Positions 12,063 to 22,890 of a stretch of DNA of 27,383 nt are shown in pieces. The notes under the pieces are model-generated. The model saw only the letters and a program-made list of their open reading frames with translations. It made no database searches and was not told where the DNA came from. Source of the DNA: an uncultured Ureaplasma sp. (GTDB taxonomy: Bacteria > Bacillota_I > Bacilli_A > Mycoplasmatales > Mycoplasmoidaceae); assembly GCA_902782585.1 (NCBI GenBank), contig CACZNK010000037.1, positions 1 through 27,383 of the forward strand, given 5' to 3'. Position numbers and translations under genes: made by a program. Numbering within the stretch: the stretch's first letter is position 1; each line of letters begins with the position of its first letter.

Positions 12063-13235
12063 ATGGACAAGTCAAATAAAATTCATGTATATCAAAAACA
12101 AAAAGCAAAGGAACAAATAACTTTGATTACTATTGAATTTAACAACAAGATGCTTGATGTCAAAAATGTTTATAAGTTAGATTTAAAAAAATGTAAATCT
12201 AAATCTGAAAAATCAAACATTAAAAAAACTTACATTAACAAGAAAAATGAAATTAAAATATGGTTTGCTAATGAAATCAAAAAGATTAAAAGAAAAAATC
12301 TTATAAGTATTGATCAAGATCAATTTGATCATATGAAAGCAAAATCAGTTTATGATTCTCATAAATTTGTTAGAATTTTTAAAAAAATTTGCTTAAATAA
12401 AAACCAAAAACAGATTTACCGTTGTTTAATTAAGAAAAATATTGATTTATTGAATAATAAAAATATTAGTTTTAATTCAAGAAATATCTTTGAAGTAAAC
12501 AATTTTAATTTCTATTATGGAAATTTTCAATCATTATTTAATATAAATATTAAGATTAAAAGAAATAAAGTAACAACTTTTATTGGTCCTAGTGGATGTG
12601 GTAAATCAACATTATTACGTTGTTTTAATAGAATGAATGACCAAATACCTAATACTCATCATCATGGGGTAATATATTTTAACGATGGAACAAATTTATA
12701 TTCAAAGAAATTAAATTCTTCAGTATTAACCACAAAAGTAGGTATGGTATTCCAAAAAGCAACAACATTTCCTATGAGTATTTATGATAATGTTGCTTAT
12801 GGACCACGATCACATGGTATTCTTCAAAAAGAAATTTTAGATAATATTGTAAAAGAATCTTTAATTTCAGCAGCATTATGGGATGAAGTTAGTCATAAAC
12901 TTTTTTCACCTGCTTCATCATTATCTGGTGGCCAACAACAAAGATTATGTATTGCTAGAGCAATAGCTTTAAAGCCAGAAGTATTGTTGATGGATGAATC
13001 TACATCTGGTTTAGATCCAATTGCTACCGCAAAGATTGAAAATTTAATTTTAGAATTAAAGAAAAAATATACAATCATATTAGTTACACATTCAATGGCT
13101 CAAGTTCAACGAATAAGTGATTATACTGCTTTTTTTTATAAAGGTAAATTAGTTGAATTTGGCGAAACAAGAAATATATTCTTTGCTCCTAAAAATAAAA
13201 AGACAAGAGATTATATCTCTGGAAAGATTGGTTAA
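12063..13235 (+). CDS. pstB: Phosphate ABC transporter ATPase with a ~140-aa basic N-terminal extension (390 aa)
   Basis: [55 protein letters not shown]. Confidence 0.96.
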   Translation: MDKSNKIHVYQKQKAKEQITLITIEFNNKMLDVKNVYKLDLKKCKSKSEKSNIKKTYINKKNEIKIWFANEIKKIKRKNLISIDQDQFDHMKAKSVYDSHKFVRIFKKICLNKNQKQIYRCLIKKNIDLLNNKNISFNSRNIFEVNNFNFYYGNFQSLFNINIKIKRNKVTTFIGPSGCGKSTLLRCFNRMNDQIPNTHHHGVIYFNDGTNLYSKKLNSSVLTTKVGMVFQKATTFPMSIYDNVAYGPRSHGILQKEILDNIVKESLISAALWDEVSHKLFSPASSLSGGQQQRLCIARAIALKPEVLLMDESTSGLDPIATAKIENLILELKKKYTIILVTHSMAQVQRISDYTAFFYKGKLVEFGETRNIFFAPKNKKTRDYISGKIG

Positions 13236-13237
13236 TT

Positions 13238-13654
13238 ATGTTTACAGAAATGAATACACTTGAAATTACATCATTCATATTAGGAGTTATTGCATCTCTT
13301 TGCATAAGCATATATACTATTCCTCAATTAATAATGTTGATTAAATCTAAAAATTCTAGTGGGATTTCAGCACCAATGTTTTTAATTTTAATTATTGGCG
13401 ATTTATTTTTTATTATTCAAGGAATTGTTGGACTATTTAATTTTATATCAAGTAATGAAATAGTTGATTGATTCATTACATTATTTCCTATACTTCTTGC
13501 TAATGTTATTTGCGTTATTTGTGGTTCAATAACATTGACAATTAAATTACAGAATCATTTTAGAGCTAAAAAAGCAAATATTTCTGAAATTGAATACTGT
13601 AATAAACTTTTTAGTAAATCAAAAATGAAGAAACATGATAAGAAAAGGGGATAG
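13238..13654 (+). CDS. PQ-loop / SemiSWEET-like small membrane protein (138 aa)
   Basis: Reads through TGA 13469-13471 to TAG 13652-13654. IYTIPQLIMLIKSKNSSGIS PQ-loop motif, three hydrophobic segments, basic tail. Confidence 0.85.
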
Positions 13655-13657
13655 AAT

Positions 13658-14437
13658 ATGTCAGCAAATTATGGATTAGTAAGAATGTCAGAAAGGGAAT
13701 TAACACAAAATTTGTTAAAATTTTATAAGCATGTTAAAAAGAGCTGGATGAATTTGATATCTATTCTCACACAAAAAACCAACATTAGTGGTGAAAACTA
13801 TAAAATGTTTCAAAAAAAAGAGAGTAAATCAAACCATATGGAGGCAAATATTTTAAATGAGAGCATTTGATCTATATCAAGAAACCAACCAGTTGCTAAC
13901 CATTTAAGATTTGTAATTTCTATTATTTATTCAATTTCTGATTTAGAAAGAATGGCTGATTATATTATGGATATAGCTAATATTATTAGACAAAATAAAT
14001 TCAATAAAGAAGCAATATCTGTTATTAGAGAATCACTTAAACTATCATATGCATGCATGAATAGTCTTCTAAGAAATTTAGAAACTAAGGATAAAATTAA
14101 AATAGATCCAAATTTTGCATATAAGTTAGCTAACAAGGTATTAAATTTTTATCGTATTAAATATAAAGAAATTAACAAAAAATTATCAAATATTATCTTC
14201 GATAAAAATTCACCAAAACAAATTGAAGATATTTTAACAAGTATTTCTATTATTACAAAATATTCAGAGAGAAATGTTGATCATGCCGTTAATATTCTTG
14301 AAAATTTTATATATGTAAGAGAATCTAATTTTTTCTTTAGTAAGCATAAAAATTCATCATTAGATTTTGATAGTTTAAACTTAAGTCCATTGCAAAAATT
14401 ATCAAAAAAGAAAAAAACTAATAAACTAAATATATAA
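13658..14437 (+). CDS. phoU: Phosphate transport accessory protein PhoU (259 aa)
   Basis: Joined through TGA 13868-13870. QPVANHLRF...SDLERMADY and SERNVDHAVNI repeats; SD-like AAGGGG upstream. Confidence 0.92.
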
Positions 14438-14485
14438 TATGTTCATTGCTATTTTGATATAGTACACGTTAGAGATTTATAAAAA

Positions 14486-16186
14486 ATGTCAAAAATTAAA
14501 TTTATAGGTTTTGGTGGCTTAAATGAACGTTGTAAGCAATGCTATGCTTTAAATGTAAATGGTAACATTTACTTATTTGATTGTGGTTTAGCTTCACCAG
14601 TTAATGCTCAATTAGGAGTTAAGAAAATTATCCCAGACTTCAATTGGATTGTTGAAAATGGAAATGCTGTAAAAGGAATTTTTATTGGTACTCCTAAATA
14701 TGAAAATTATGCAGGTTTACCTTATTTATTAAAACATTTACCTAAAATTCCTATCTATGTTAGTGATGTTGGAGCAAATATAATTATTGGTTATTTTAAT
14801 TATCTTGCAACTATTGATAAAGTTAATTTTCATCGACCAAATATTAAAATTATTGATTCATTAAAACCACAAATTATAGCTGGCGTGCAAATTACTCCAT
14901 TTTATTTATCAAATTTCTTACCTAAGTCATTTGGTTTTGTAATTAATACTCAGGATGGTGGAATTATCTTTATAGATGATTTTATGATTAGTTCAAATAG
15001 GAATTATGCATTTGAAGATCAAATCTTTGAAATAAACAAAATAACTAAAGGAAGGAACTTAGCATTAATTGTTGGTGTAGGTAATGTCGGAATTAATAAA
15101 GGATTTACCAACCCTTCACATAGAACTGCAGAGTTCTTTTCAGATATATTAAGTGAGAATGAAGATGGGCGAACGTTAATTGCATGTAATAATTTTGATT
15201 TTTATACCATAATGACTATTGCAAAAATTTGTGCAGAAAGAAATAGACCATTTCTTATATATAGTAAATCTGCTTCACAAACTTTCCAATTCTTATGTAA
15301 AAAGAATTATTTTTCTAATAAAAATGTTCAATTTATTAACGACAATGACATTATGCAATCAAAAAATGCTGTAATTGTAATTACTGCTGTGCATCAAAAA
15401 TTATTTGAAAAGATGGAAAATATTTTAAATGATGAAAATCCTAACTTTAAAATATTACCTACTGATTATTTTGTTTATGCGATGCATACAGTTAGTGGTT
15501 ATGAAAAATTAGAAGCCACTTTATTTGATCATATTGTTTATTCAAATGCAAAGAAAATTGTTAAATTACCTAAAGAATTAATTACTGCTACTGCTTCTGC
15601 AGAAGATCATAAGTTTTTAATTGGTTTATTAAAACCAAAATATGCGATTCCATTAAACGGTTTATATATGAATTTTATCCAATACCGAGATGCAGTGTCA
15701 AGATCATATATTCAAAAATCAAATGTTTTGATTCTATCGAATGGAGAATTAATTGAATTTGATAATGGTGAATTACAAAAATCACCTAAATTTATTAAAC
15801 AACAATTACAGTTTGTTAATGTTACAGGAACTGTTGATTCTAGTTCTGCTTCAATATTTGAGAGAGAACAAATGGCAAGTAATGGTGTGTTATTGATTGA
15901 TATATTAATTGATAATAAAACTAAAACAATTACACATCATAATTTTTCATCTATTGGTGTTATTAATATGACAGATGAAAACACAAGAATTATTAATGAA
16001 ATTAATGATGAATGTTTAAAATTAATTAATCAAAACCTAGAGAAAGAATTAGTTGATAAGACTAAATTATTAAATACTAAAGAATTCAAATACTTTATTA
16101 AAAAAGTATTCACTAAATATTATGATAAGAAATTTGGAAAGAAACCTTTAGTAGTGACTACTTTAGTTTTTAGAAAAGATAGATAA
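14486..16186 (+). CDS. rnj: Ribonuclease J paralogue with a degenerate metal-binding motif (566 aa)
   Basis: RNase J architecture (GFGGLNE, LFDCG, IIPDF, SAEDHKFLIGLLKPKYAIPLNG, EREQMASNGVL). The HxHxDH motif is replaced by TPKYEN. Confidence 0.88.
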   Translation: MSKIKFIGFGGLNERCKQCYALNVNGNIYLFDCGLASPVNAQLGVKKIIPDFNWIVENGNAVKGIFIGTPKYENYAGLPYLLKHLPKIPIYVSDVGANIIIGYFNYLATIDKVNFHRPNIKIIDSLKPQIIAGVQITPFYLSNFLPKSFGFVINTQDGGIIFIDDFMISSNRNYAFEDQIFEINKITKGRNLALIVGVGNVGINKGFTNPSHRTAEFFSDILSENEDGRTLIACNNFDFYTIMTIAKICAERNRPFLIYSKSASQTFQFLCKKNYFSNKNVQFINDNDIMQSKNAVIVITAVHQKLFEKMENILNDENPNFKILPTDYFVYAMHTVSGYEKLEATLFDHIVYSNAKKIVKLPKELITATASAEDHKFLIGLLKPKYAIPLNGLYMNFIQYRDAVSRSYIQKSNVLILSNGELIEFDNGELQKSPKFIKQQLQFVNVTGTVDSSSASIFEREQMASNGVLLIDILIDNKTKTITHHNFSSIGVINMTDENTRIINEINDECLKLINQNLEKELVDKTKLLNTKEFKYFIKKVFTKYYDKKFGKKPLVVTTLVFRKDR

Positions 16187-16216
16187 AATAAGTAATATAT
16201 AACTATTACATATCCT

Positions 16217-18196
16217 ATGGTTGAACAACCAACAAATAGTACTTATAAAAATATCAATGATCTTAGTTTAATTAAACCTTTTGATCCAGCTTTTGCTATT
16301 AATGATAAAAAAAAGAATCCAAAGGGTTTAATAAAAAAAATCATTTTATTATTTATTTTATTAGTTGCTATTATTAGAGTTCCATATTGTGGCTCATATA
16401 TTGATGCTTTTATATTTGAATACCCTTTTGGTTTTGGTAAATATCTGTTATATGCTTATATGATTACTTTGATATCCTTATGAATTATAAGTGATGAATG
16501 GTTTAGCAAATTTACTAAGTTTGGATTTATTATTCTTATTTTGTTAATTATTATATTGATATCAATAATGATATCAGCAATATCATCAATAGTATTTGAA
16601 AACACAGTTTGAATAAAAATATATAACTCAAATGTCAATGAATCTGATTTCATATTAAGACTTAGTTATTTTCATAAAAACTTCTTCATTCCTTATGCAA
16701 TTAAAAACACATTATTTTACATATATAAAGGTCTAAATAATTTGTGATTTATGAACACAAGAATGACTTTACCTGAAATAAATCAAAATTTTGGATTTAT
16801 TATTTCTGGAGGAATAATTGGTGAATTTGTTAATGCATCAAATTATTGAATTATTATTTTCTTTTCACTTATTTTAATAATTGTTGTTATTACATTATTC
16901 ATTAAAAATAGTAATACAAAATTTGGCACTTTATTTCATAAGAAAATAATGAAATTATTTTCTAATAATGAGGATAATATTAAAAAAAATGATTTTAATA
17001 CTGTTATTAAACAAAAACAATTAGAGGATAAGAATATTAATTTTCAAAATAAATTTGATATTAATACCCCTCCTTTAAGTTTTTTAGTTGATACTAGTGA
17101 TGATAATGATAGATATAACCAAAATGATGCTAATAAAACTCTATATGCAATTTCCCAAATTATAAAATCATCAAATTTAAATGTTAAATTTAATACTATG
17201 AACATTATGCCAATGTTTACTGAAATTAAATTTCGAGCTAATCGTAATGAAGATGTTGAAAAATTTATTAAGAAAGGTAATGAAATTGGAAAAATTCTAG
17301 GATTAAGTCAATTTTATATTTTAATGAAGGGGAATAATATAACTTTTGAATATCAAAATTATAAACCATCAAAAATATCAATTAAATCAACTTTAGTAAA
17401 TAATAGTATAGGAAATAACATGTGTTATGCTATTGTTGGCATTGATGAAAATAAAAATCCATTGTTTATTGACTATAAATTAGATTCATCTATATTTATT
17501 ATTGGTAAAAAAGGTTCAGGCATAAATATGTTATTATCATGTTTGCTAATAACATCTGCATATATTTCTTCACCTATATTTTTAAGTATTGATATTATTA
17601 CAGGGAATAAAAATTCGGCAATTCAATCATTAGCTACAATCCCTCATATTGGTGAAATGATTTGAAATAATTCTTCTAATGATATTAAAAAACTGTTAGA
17701 TAAATATGTGAATGAAATTAAAGCACGTAAAATTAAATTAACAAGTTACAAAGTTAAAGATCAAAAATCATTTAATGATATATGTGATAAACTAAATATC
17801 CAACCAATGATAACAAAAGTTCTTGTAATTAATAATTTTGATGAAATTATTAAAGACAATTTAGAATGTATTTCAAAAATTGCTTATATTTTACAACATT
17901 GTAATAAATTAGGAATTTGTGTTATTTTAACTGCTTCAGAATTTGATAATAATAATTTAAATATGAGTATTTTTGAAAGCATAAAAAGTATTTTTGTACT
18001 AAAAACAGATTCTAAAGATTCAAGTTTACAATTAATTGGAAATGCACGTGCATCTCAATTATATGGTAATGGTGATGGGTATTTAATAGGAAATAACAAA
18101 AAGAATAAGTTAAGATTTCAAACATGTTATTTAAATCAATATGAATTATCTAATATTGTTAAAATTATTATTGATTTTTATAAATCTAAAAAATAA
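16217..18196 (+). CDS. ftsK: FtsK/SpoIIIE-like membrane protein with a degenerate ATPase domain (659 aa)
   Basis: One frame under code 4. N-terminal TM region, PPLSFL, alpha-domain, GIDENKNPLFID, GKKGSGIN (Walker A position), IPH, QLYGNGDGYL, RFQTCYL; no gamma domain. Confidence 0.8.
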
Positions 18197-18230
18197 AGAA
18201 CCACTAGTAGCTTTCCAGTGGTTCTTTTAT
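18195..18230 (+). terminator. Intrinsic terminator after ftsK, possibly bidirectional
   Basis: 11-bp stem AAAGAACCACT (18195-18205) / AGTGGTTCTTT (18217-18227), 11-nt loop, T-rich 3' flank, immediately after the stop codon. Confidence 0.85.
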
Positions 18231-18591
18231 AAACTATGCACAATTTAGTTGTTTGCTAGTTAATTTAGTGTTCAAAACTTCTAATCCGCTATCCTCTATT
18301 AAATGTCTAAGATGAATTACAATTATTAATTCAACATATGTATCTGTTTTTAGAATTCATATATTAAATCTCTAAACTATTTATCTTTTCAATTTATTTC
18401 TATCTAATCTTGTAACAATTAATCCAACTCAACACAAATTTTCATAACATTATTCAACTAAATAAAAATTTTCAATAGATAGTTGACAAGTTGCAATCAA
18501 ACATTCAATTAACTTGCATAAATTATTAAACCATAAAAAAATTAAAAAATTAAAAAACTTTGGTTAAATTAATAATTTAAAAATTTCAAAT

Positions 18592-19539
18592 TTAATCAAA
18601 TATGTCACCTTTTTTGAATGGAAGATGACCATTAATAATTTGTTTTAAATCTACAGGTTTTTTACCGGGAAGTTGTATTTTTTTGATACAGATAGCATTA
18701 TCTTTTGTAGCAACATATAAGCCGGATTCATTAATGTCAATAATTTTGCCATATGGATATTTTGTTGTATATAATGCATAATCTATAGTTGCAGCATACA
18801 CTTTAATGTTTAAGTTATTAATAAGTGTATAGGCAATTCGTTTATCATATAATGCACGTATTTTAGCATCAATATATTTAGCTTGAGCATTTCAATTAAT
18901 TTTCTCATCTTCTTTAGAAATTTGATTTACAAATATGACTTTAGATTCATCTTGAATTTTAAGTTTGATATCTTTATCAAATAGTTTATTAAGATGATTA
19001 GTTAAGTATTCATAGATTACTTTTTTAACTTTTTCTCTTAAACTATTACCTGTTTCATTATCATCAATTTTTATTTCAATTTGATCAATAATATCACCTG
19101 CATCTAATTTTGGAGACATCACTATAAAACTAACACCTGTAATTTTATCACAATTTAAAATTGCGCTTTCAATTGGACTGGCTCCACGATATTTAGGCAA
19201 TAACGATGGGTGAATGTTTAAACATTTATATTCTGGATAATCAATTATTTGTTTAGGAATAATTTTTCCATATGAACAAACTAAAATCAAATTAGGTTTA
19301 GTTGCTAAAATTTCATCAATTGATAGATTAAGTTTTTCTGGCTGAAATAGTTTGAAATTATTTTTGATAGCAATTTCTTTTATAGGTGAAAATATAATTT
19401 CCTTTTTTCTACCAGAAGGTTTATCAGGTTTAGTAACAACACCAACAATCTCAGCAGTTGAAGCCATTAATGCTTTTAATGCTATTGCCGATACATCATC
19501 TGTACCAAAAAATAATATTCTCTTAGATAATTTATTCAT
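18592..19539 (-). CDS. fmt: Methionyl-tRNA formyltransferase (315 aa)
   Basis: FFGTD, VVTKPDKPSGRKK, SYGKIIP, LNIHPSLLPKYRGASPI, LDAGDII; joined through TGA 18892-18894. Confidence 0.97.
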
Positions 19540-19544
19540 ATAAA

Positions 19545-20195
19545 TTAATTTAACTTTTTCTTTTTAGCAAGTTTAGCTTTTAGTTTCTCTTGTTTTTTAA
19601 GTTCTTTTTCTTCAATTTTTCTATTTCGTTCAATTTCAGCTTCACGAATAGGAGCAATCCATTCCATCTCTTTATTGTAATCACATGTCCCATTAATAAA
19701 TATTTGTCGATCTTGAGTTTTCCTATCAATTTTATTAATAATAACTTCACATTCAATTGCTTGTGGTGGAAATATTTTTCCTGTTTTAGTATTCTGAGTT
19801 TGAAAACACACAACATACAAATCTCTTAACGGTGGACGAACAAATTTGGCTTTTTTGTTAGTTTGTTTTACATGTCTTTTTTCAATAGAATATTGATAGT
19901 CTCTAATTTTATTAACTATTCTTTGCTTTTTTCTTGAATAACTTGGATCATTTGGATTAATATAACTAATCTCATTTCTTTTAGCCACATATGAACTAAT
20001 AATTTTATTTCCATATTGTCCTGAGTCTTTTAAATATTGTTTAATTGATTTTCAAACCTCATCCTTATTATGTCTAGCAGAAATAAGAGCTTTGTTACGT
20101 TCTTCCCTCTTTTTCTTGATCATCATAGGAATCATAGCAACAATAGCAACACCAATAAGTGCTAAAATCACAATCATGCTTGTATTATTACCCAT
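19545..20195 (-). CDS. Conserved mollicute membrane-anchored protein (MG364 / DUF5385-like, ~216 aa)
   Basis: The frame extends upstream of the track ORF to ATG 20195 (alternative start ATG 20207). MGNNTSMIVILALIGVAIVAMIPMMIKKKREE...DEVWKSIKQYLKDSG...RDLYVVCF; lies between rpsT and fmt. Family name from memory. Confidence 0.75.
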
Positions 20196-20260
20196 ATTTT
20201 GACCCATCCTATTGCTATATTAATGCATTTTTATATATAATACATTTTATTATTATTTTT

Positions 20261-20515
20261 ATGGCCAATATTAAAGCAAATATAAAATCAATTCGCAAAA
20301 CAATAAAACGACAAAAAAGAAATCATTCTATTAAAACTATTTATAAAAACAATATTAAACGCGCTAGAAATTCAAAGAATTTCACTGATTTAAATAAATC
20401 ATATAAATCAATTGACTCTGCATTAGCAAAAGGTGTAATTACTAAAAATAAAGCAAATCGTTTAAAATCACGTACTGCTAAAGCTATTAATAAATCAATT
20501 AAATCTAAAGTCTAA
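20261..20515 (+). CDS. rpsT: 30S ribosomal protein S20 (84 aa)
   Basis: MANIKANIKSIRK...SIDSALAKGVITKNKANRLKSR. The upstream extension in the track ORF overlaps the divergent gene and is unlikely. Confidence 0.97.
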   Translation: MANIKANIKSIRKTIKRQKRNHSIKTIYKNNIKRARNSKNFTDLNKSYKSIDSALAKGVITKNKANRLKSRTAKAINKSIKSKV

Positions 20516-21070
20516 ATGAATATTATAACTAAAATAATTTCTTTAAGTTTGTTATTATCTTCATTACCAATATGTACTATATTGACATCATGTAGTTGCA
20601 GTTCACATAATCAAGAATTTAATAATCTATTTTATGGTGAAAAAACTCCAGAAATTAATAAAAAAAATAGAAAAGAAGCTATGTTAATAGCTTCTAAACA
20701 TTTTGAAGAACAATGAAGTGTTACTAATTATGGAACCACTATTAAAGAAGAAATTTTTAATAGCGAAATTAAACCTAAAATAATTACTTGTTATGAATAC
20801 TATTGGAATATAATCTATTATTTTGCAAGTATTTGTAATAACAACACCTATCAAATTGTTAATTGAAACTCTAATAAAAGTGAAGAATTGACAATCAAAT
20901 TTGATATTGAATTAAAATATCCTGATGGTAATCATATATTATTAGCTAAAGAATCTAATCAATTTGAATATAGTTTTGATGAAAATGGTGTGATTACAAT
21001 AACTCTTGATAATGATGATAAGTACACTATACCATCATATAAAGGAAGTTATATTAAAGTAATAAAATAA
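20516..21070 (+). CDS. Putative lipoprotein, hypothetical (184 aa)
   Basis: Signal peptide with lipobox-like ILTS-C(SC); two track ORFs join through TGA; starts directly after the rpsT stop. Confidence 0.75.
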
Positions 21071-22039
21071 TTATTTCACAACAACTTTTGTTGCTTGTCT
21101 ACGCTTTAGTATTTTTACAATTATTCAAATTAAAAATGCAATTGTTATTACAGTAGCAAAAAAGATTATTGCATCACGTTTGTTTTTTGCTTTTTTAATA
21201 TTAGTAATTTCATTAGGATCAATTAGCATGTAATTATAAAAGTTTTCAATGTTCGCAGCACGCAAATAATTCGATATCAATATTCACATATGTGTACCAA
21301 ATGTAGCAACAGCTAATGAAATTGTTGTCCAAAACAATACCATATATGTGTACTGATTATCTTTATCAATAGGTGTATTAAAATCAGCAAAACTAGTTTT
21401 ATAAATAAAAATTGGTAACAAACTATTAATCAAGACAGTTAGTAAAGATATAACATATATACCACTACAAAGTCAATTAACATCAATATAGCTAGTTTTT
21501 AGTTTACGGTATATTTTTTGAATATTTGAAGATAAAACCTTTTCATCACGGAAATTAATAGTTTTAGCTTCAGTATAAAAATTCTTATATCTATTAATTG
21601 AAAATATGAATTTTGGGAATATTAATATAAATATAGGAATTAAAAACAGTAGAATATATGGATTAACATTGTTTTTTCATTGAGTTAGAATTAGTGATGC
21701 TAAAACAATTGTCCCAATAACAAATAGTGAGAACAATCCGATATATGTGAATGCAACTAATTTAGCAAATGAAAGCTCTTTCAAATAAAATTTTGGAATG
21801 TATGAGTAATACATGTTATATTTTTGTAATTTAGATTCTTTTTTAGCATTTTGGAGTTTATATTTACCAAAAAAATCACTATTTGCATAAATAGCATCTT
21901 GATGATTAATTTTTAATGTATTGATTTGATGAGTTGTTAAATTTTCGAATCTTTCTTCGGGTTTAATAAAAAGACTTTCATCTTCTTCAATATTCATGTT
22001 TTTAAATGATATGGTTTTGGTTTCTAAATTGTTTCCCAT
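21071..22039 (-). CDS. Conserved mollicute multi-pass membrane protein (322 aa; possibly MSC_0882-like)
   Basis: No TAA/TAG in frame from ATG 22039 to 21071. About five hydrophobic segments and a basic C-terminus. Family name tentative. Confidence 0.7.
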
Positions 22040-22110
22040 ATAGCAATTCCTATATATTATATTATTATAAAAATCAAGTAACTATGGAGCAAAGTGCTAA
22101 AAATTAACTT

Positions 22111-22132
22111 TTTTAAGATTTTACTCTATTTT
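22111..22132. repeat. Copy 2 of the dispersed 22-bp element (TTTTAAGATTTTACTCTATTTT), overlapping the plsY stop codon
   Basis: 20/22 identical to 455-476, same orientation. Confidence 0.55.
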
Positions 22133-22890
22133 TGATTAATAATAATTGTTCTTTCATTACCATCTTTGATTTTTTTAATATTTGATTTATGTCGATATAA
22201 AACTATTGAAGCACTTAAAATCATAATGCAAAATAAAATAGCAAATAATATTAAATGTTTAGAATAAGGACTTTCATTTACAAAATTTAATGTGTTACCA
22301 AATAAACTATTACCAAACAAATATATTAAATCTAATTGTTTTATAAAAACAAAAAATGGACTAACCAAAGTGCATAACATTGAACCTAATGATACATATC
22401 TTGATGATGCTACAACTATAACTCATATACTAAATGTAATTAATGCAATATATGGACTAATAGCAGCAATAATTCCTCCTGTAGTCATCATTCCTTTACC
22501 ACCGATTCATTTAGATTTGTCTTTATCCTTAAAGTTAATTAAAAACATAATTGGAAAGCAATGTCCAATAGTTGTAAATAATCCAGATATAAAGATTAAA
22601 GAATATAAATTATGATTAGTTGGAAATCATTTACCAATGCTAAATAAATAGATGCATCAACAGCAAACAATTGCTATATATGATTTAGCACCATCTAAAA
22701 ACATTACACATATCCCATATCCTTTTCCAAATACTCTCATAGAATTAGTACCACCAACATTACCACTACCTATATTACGTACATTTTTCTTTAGAAAAAT
22801 AGAAAAGATATCACCAAATAGGATGTTACCAAACAAATACCCAATAATAATAAATGAAAGTGTAACTAATGATGAATAAAGAATTAACAT
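22126..22890 (-). CDS. plsY: Glycerol-3-phosphate 1-O-acyltransferase PlsY (254 aa)
   Basis: Joined under code 4. GSGNVGGTNSMR, DGAKSY, GHCFP, GGKGMTT; SD-like AAGGA upstream. Confidence 0.94.

Noticed and set aside
22092-22100. CIRCE half-site AAGTGCTAA
   Set aside because: It has one mismatch and no partner arm at the required distance.
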